In this document: piece by piece, positions 25,274-29,022 of the stretch | Layout of the letters: every line of letters begins with the position of its first letter | Position numbering within the stretch: the stretch's first letter is position 1 | NCBI GenBank assembly: GCA_007128075.1 | Contig: SKYD01000077.1 | Location: forward strand, 1-29,022 | Direction of reading: 5' to 3' | Source of the DNA: Thiorhodovibrio sp. | GTDB lineage: Bacteria > Pseudomonadota > Gammaproteobacteria > Chromatiales > Chromatiaceae | Length of the DNA stretch: 29,022 nucleotides | The notes under the pieces: generated by a model | The model's input: only the letters and a program-made list of their open reading frames with translations | What the model was told of the DNA's origin: nothing | Databases searched by the model: none | Translations under genes and position numbers: made by a program

Positions 25274-27298
25274 ATGAGTCGATCCACCTCGTCATTGACT
25301 GAAACTGAACGCGCCCAGCACCAAGCGATTTTGCTGCCTCGCTATGCCGCGACTGCCAAAGCCTTTTGTGCGCCGCGGCTGGCGCGATTTTTAGAGCAGA
25401 TTCCCATCACCTTGAACGAATTTGCCGACCGTGCCGGCAATGAGGAGGAGCGGGAAGGCTATCTCCACGCCATCGCCACTATAGAAGCGCAACGGGCGGA
25501 ATTTAGCCGCCGCTTTGATCAAGAACTTGACCGAGGGTTGACCCAATTCCGCCAATCTCTTGCTGAATCCAATGTCTGCGATGGCAGTCTCGCCGCACTC
25601 AATCCCGAAGAATCGCGGGCAGTGGATAATCTCATCGTGCAGAGCAATGCCACCTGTTTTCCAGCCCTCTACGCACTCAGTCAACGCCTGGCAGTGATCG
25701 GTGGCGGCAAAAAGCTCAAAGATTGCGAGATTCCAGCCGGCCCCTATCATCTGGTGCATGCCTTTCGCTATGCTTTGGAAAGCTGGCCGCTGGCGGTGCC
25801 GATTCGGCTGCTGCTCTATGCCTTATTTCATATTCATCTCACCCGAGGTGCGCTCACACTCTATGAAGAACTCAACGACACCCTAAAATCAGCAGGCATT
25901 TTGCCGCGCACCCGCCCGATTCGGCTCAAATCAGGGAGCAATAAGAACCCACCGAGCAGCGAAGACGACAATACGCAAGGGCATAGCGAGACTGAATTGC
26001 TCGATTCCATTTTGGCACTGGTCACTGCGCGCCGAGAGCCGTCCGTTGATGCAGGGCGCGTGACCGGGGTTTCGCAGTCGATGCGCAGTGACCAAGACAG
26101 CCAACCTGGAGAATTTAGCTGCAAACTGGAGCGTCAACTGCTCGATATGATCAGCGCGCTCTTTGAGCAGATGCGCACCCTGCCGATTTTGCCCTATGTG
26201 GTTAAATCGAGTTTAAGCGCGCTGCAAATTCCTTATCTGCGGCTGGCACTGAGCGAACGCAGCTTTGTGGTCAATCAGCACCATCCAGCGCGGCTGTTGT
26301 TTAATGAGATGATCGCCGCAGGCGGGCTGTGGGTCGATGAATCCAATCTCAAGCGCGGTATTTTCCCCGCAATTGAGCAGACGGTCGAACAGCTCATTGC
26401 CGCCCGTCCGCTGGATTCTGCACTTTGCGTGCAATTGCACAGCGATTTTGAACGGCGGGTACGCGAACAGCGGCAGCGTCATCAACACATCGACCAGTCG
26501 CCGCACCCTCTTAGCCCGCAACCCGAGCAACTCAGACAGGCGCGCCAGCAGGCAGCAAGCGAGATTGACGCGCTCATCGAACGCTACCCACTGCCAGAAC
26601 CTGTGCGCGGTCTGCTTGAGGGGGCGTGGCAAGAACGCTTAACTGCGATTGCGCTGCATCCAAGCGATGACGCGCAACGCCAGAGCTGGCTGGAGGCGAC
26701 GACCACCGCGCAGCAGTTGGCAGAATTATTCAATCCTGAACTTAGCACTGCTGTATGGCAAACTCGGCTGCATGAGTTACCACAACTGTGCAAACGACTG
26801 CGCAACGGGGTGACCCGCATGGGCAGTCACAATCAGGCATTGTTAGCCGCTGTGCTGGATATGCTTAGTCATTCGCGCTCATTGCGACATCTGGTGCCCA
26901 GCGAGGATCAACGCCCCGCAGTGTCGCTGGAATCGTTCAGCACCCCAGATCAGCGTGATGAATTGATCGGCATGCGCCCCCTGGTCGAGGAAACCGATTT
27001 GTTGGGCGGCGCCTCAACAGCAACCGTGCGGGCAATGATCGAGCAATTGCGCGACACCAAACAGGGCACCTGGTTTGAGCTTGACGAATGCCAGCGCGAT
27101 GGCAGCCGCAAACGGCGGCGGATTCAGTTGTCGTGGATTAGCCCACTGACCTCGACCTGTCTTGTGATCGATTCAGCCGGTGATAAGGTCGATCTTTCCA
27201 GCTTAGGCGAGCTTGCGCAGGCACTGCTCAACGGACAAGCGCGGGTTGCCAATAGCGATGACAGCACCAGCACCAGCGATTTCACCCGTGAGCTTTAG
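25274..27298 (+). CDS. DUF1631 family protein
   Basis: ALYALSQRLAVI..G, LQIPYLRLAL....F....HPARLLFN, and C-terminal GTWFEL...LSWISP (PilZ-like tail typical of DUF1631). Confidence 0.8.
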   Translation: MSRSTSSLTETERAQHQAILLPRYAATAKAFCAPRLARFLEQIPITLNEFADRAGNEEEREGYLHAIATIEAQRAEFSRRFDQELDRGLTQFRQSLAESNVCDGSLAALNPEESRAVDNLIVQSNATCFPALYALSQRLAVIGGGKKLKDCEIPAGPYHLVHAFRYALESWPLAVPIRLLLYALFHIHLTRGALTLYEELNDTLKSAGILPRTRPIRLKSGSNKNPPSSEDDNTQGHSETELLDSILALVTARREPSVDAGRVTGVSQSMRSDQDSQPGEFSCKLERQLLDMISALFEQMRTLPILPYVVKSSLSALQIPYLRLALSERSFVVNQHHPARLLFNEMIAAGGLWVDESNLKRGIFPAIEQTVEQLIAARPLDSALCVQLHSDFERRVREQRQRHQHIDQSPHPLSPQPEQLRQARQQAASEIDALIERYPLPEPVRGLLEGAWQERLTAIALHPSDDAQRQSWLEATTTAQQLAELFNPELSTAVWQTRLHELPQLCKRLRNGVTRMGSHNQALLAAVLDMLSHSRSLRHLVPSEDQRPAVSLESFSTPDQRDELIGMRPLVEETDLLGGASTATVRAMIEQLRDTKQGTWFELDECQRDGSRKRRRIQLSWISPLTSTCLVIDSAGDKVDLSSLGELAQALLNGQARVANSDDSTSTSDFTREL

Positions 27299-28050
27299 GA
27301 GCGCAGCCTGGGGTTGCTGGCATGTAGATAGCGCAACACCGTGCGAACATAGTTTTGCGTCTCAGCGAACGGCGGAATTTGGCGACCATGACGGATTACC
27401 GCATTTTCCCCTGCATTGTACCCCGCCAGCGCCAGCCGCAAATCACCATCAAATTTATCCAGCAAAAAGCGCAGAAAACGCGCCCCGCCATCAATGTTTT
27501 GCGCTGGATCCCAGATATCAGTGACCCCAAAGCGTTTGGCAGTGGCAGGCATGAGCTGCATCAGCCCCGAAGCACCAGCGTGCGAGAGCGCGTCAGGACG
27601 ATAGGCCGATTCGGCACGAATCACCGCGTGCAATAGCTCAGGTGGCAAGTTGTAACGCTGCGCCGCCTGGTTGATGAGCGAGCGATATTGTTCACGACGC
27701 GCCGCCATCGAGCCACTGGCGCTGGGGCGTGGGCGGCTTTCCACTGGCTTGCTGGTGCCAAACAGGCGTTCCCACACCGCCTCGCGGCGTGCTTCCTGAC
27801 GGGCAAGTGCCAACTGCGCCTGCTGCTGGCGTTGCTGTTGGCTGTGCTGGCGATTATCCTGACTGAGCCGACTGCTGCTGCGCTTCCATTCGAGTTTTAG
27901 CCCTGGTGTGTCGAGCGGCTCATCGGAAAAAATGACCTGTCCTTGGTCATCAACATACTTAAACACCACATCAGCATTGACCGCTGCGGCACCCAACACC
28001 ACAATCAGTGCCGCAAAGCGCCAACGCGGCGGTTGTCGTCTGTTCGCCAT
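27295..28050 (-). CDS. Lytic transglycosylase (SLT domain) with N-terminal DUF4124-like domain
   Basis: Signal peptide, VFKYVDDQGQVIFSDEP, AVIRAES (catalytic Glu), GASGLMQLMPATA, ALAGYNAGE and ETQNYV. Confidence 0.92.
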   Translation of the reverse strand: MANRRQPPRWRFAALIVVLGAAAVNADVVFKYVDDQGQVIFSDEPLDTPGLKLEWKRSSSRLSQDNRQHSQQQRQQQAQLALARQEARREAVWERLFGTSKPVESRPRPSASGSMAARREQYRSLINQAAQRYNLPPELLHAVIRAESAYRPDALSHAGASGLMQLMPATAKRFGVTDIWDPAQNIDGGARFLRFLLDKFDGDLRLALAGYNAGENAVIRHGRQIPPFAETQNYVRTVLRYLHASNPRLRS

Positions 28051-28067
28051 GCAACATGCTCCTCAAC

Positions 28068-28712
28068 TTAAACCCAATAGGCACCGTGGGTCATCATCTT
28101 CGATGCAGCTTTCATCGCCAAAGCCAATGGACGCGGCAACGGTGCGCCGCCGGCGGTTTTGGCAACCTGGGCATGATGAATCTCGTCGGCTTTCATCTGC
28201 CCTAAAATCGAGCGGCTGCGCAGATCCTCTGGCGGCAAGCGGGTGAGGTGGGTATCCAGATGATCTTCCACCTGGCGTTCGGTTTCGACCACAAAGCCCA
28301 GGCTCCAGCGATCTCCCGCCAGCCCAGCGGCGGCTCCCAGCACCAGCGAGCCGGCATACCACAGTGGATTGAGCAAGCTTTTGCGAGCACCAAGCTCTTC
28401 AAGACGACCTTGACACCAGCGCAGATGGTCGCCTTCCTCACGAGCGGATTGTTCAAGCTGTGCCCGCATCTCAACCGAGCGCGCCGTGAGCGCCTGCCCT
28501 TGATAAAGTGCCTGAGCACAGACCTCACCAGCATGATTGACTCGCATCAGCCGCCCAGCGCGAGTACGCGCTGTATTGTCCAGCTCGCTGACGGGAACAT
28601 TTTTGCTAGGCGATTCACGCCCGGTGCCTTGAGGCTGGCCAAACAGCGTGCGCAAAGCCTGATCGAAGTGAATCAGTGTATGATCGACAGAGTTGAGATG
28701 GCGTGTGGTCAT
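28068..28712 (-). CDS. coq7: Demethoxyubiquinone hydroxylase Coq7 (di-iron)
   Basis: LMRVNHAGEVCAQALYQGQ, EEGDHL, SLGFVVETERQVEDHL and MKADEIHH. Confidence 0.95.
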   Translation of the reverse strand: MTTRHLNSVDHTLIHFDQALRTLFGQPQGTGRESPSKNVPVSELDNTARTRAGRLMRVNHAGEVCAQALYQGQALTARSVEMRAQLEQSAREEGDHLRWCQGRLEELGARKSLLNPLWYAGSLVLGAAAGLAGDRWSLGFVVETERQVEDHLDTHLTRLPPEDLRSRSILGQMKADEIHHAQVAKTAGGAPLPRPLALAMKAASKMMTHGAYWV

Positions 28713-28842
28713 AAAATATCCTTTTATAAATCGGCAGTCTGATGGTTTGACTATACTTGAGACCTTGCCCCAAAGTCACGACCAAGTATCGGCAGCAACA
28801 AAAATTTAAATTCGCGCTTGCCATCGCCACCCGCAATAGCAT

Positions 28843-29022
28843 TTAATGTGTGCTGTCATCTTCTATTTGTATCTGATTGTCACGGCGAAACGCATAGGCT
28901 TCTTGGATCAACGCCAGTCGGGCGCGTTCAGGTTGCCAGCGTTTGATGATCTCTGGCGATGGATCAACTTCTTGTTGCCACAGCCGCCACAGCACCAGCG
29001 CGTTGTCCCAATAAGCGCCTGC
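28843..29022 (-). CDS. 3' end of an unidentified CDS truncated by the window edge
   Basis: Open frame AGAYWDNALVLWRLWQQEVDPSPEIIKRWQPERARLALIQEAYAFRRDNQIQIEDDSTH* with the stop at 28843-28845. Confidence 0.55.
   Translation of the reverse strand, partial: AGAYWDNALVLWRLWQQEVDPSPEIIKRWQPERARLALIQEAYAFRRDNQIQIEDDSTH

Noticed and set aside
1-29022. CRISPR arrays, tRNA, rRNA, reverse transcriptase or prophage structural genes
   Set aside because: No regularly spaced repeats, RNA gene signatures or relevant protein motifs were seen on either strand.

Overview
Gammaproteobacterial chromosome segment; a purple-sulfur/Chromatiaceae-like origin is only my impression from protein style. From left to right: (1) a divergent partial Mrp/Mnh cassette (E-F-G-B, minus strand). 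(2) A mosaic accessory island (~1.9-8.7 kb) holding an ISAs1 remnant, a DUF2281-PIN toxin-antitoxin pair and a Uma2 nuclease that are truncated at one shared junction, a tightly coupled three-gene unit (GmrSD-like DUF262-DUF1524 nuclease, a degenerate FtsZ-fold protein, a PP2C phosphatase), and the rtcB2-prfH ribosome repair/rescue pair. (3) Core genes: smr, surE-pcm-yqaA-nlpD, a REC-REC-GGDEF protein with a DSEEF motif where rpoS often sits, ruvA, a family-4 UDG, DUF4212 plus a sodium:solute symporter, moxR, a stand-alone sucB, a hypothetical protein, a GT-B glycosyltransferase-like protein and a PfkB kinase. (4) An IS607 element with intact tnpA, gutted tnpB and a retained omegaRNA-like structure, abutting a pentaheme cytochrome c gene. 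(5) DUF1631, a lytic transglycosylase, coq7 and a partial CDS. The best candidate for an undescribed system is the GmrSD / pseudo-FtsZ / PP2C unit (3335-6741). Its FtsZ-like protein keeps the two T7-loop aspartates but has lost the GTP-binding glycine motifs. All family calls come from motif recognition by eye; no database searches were run.
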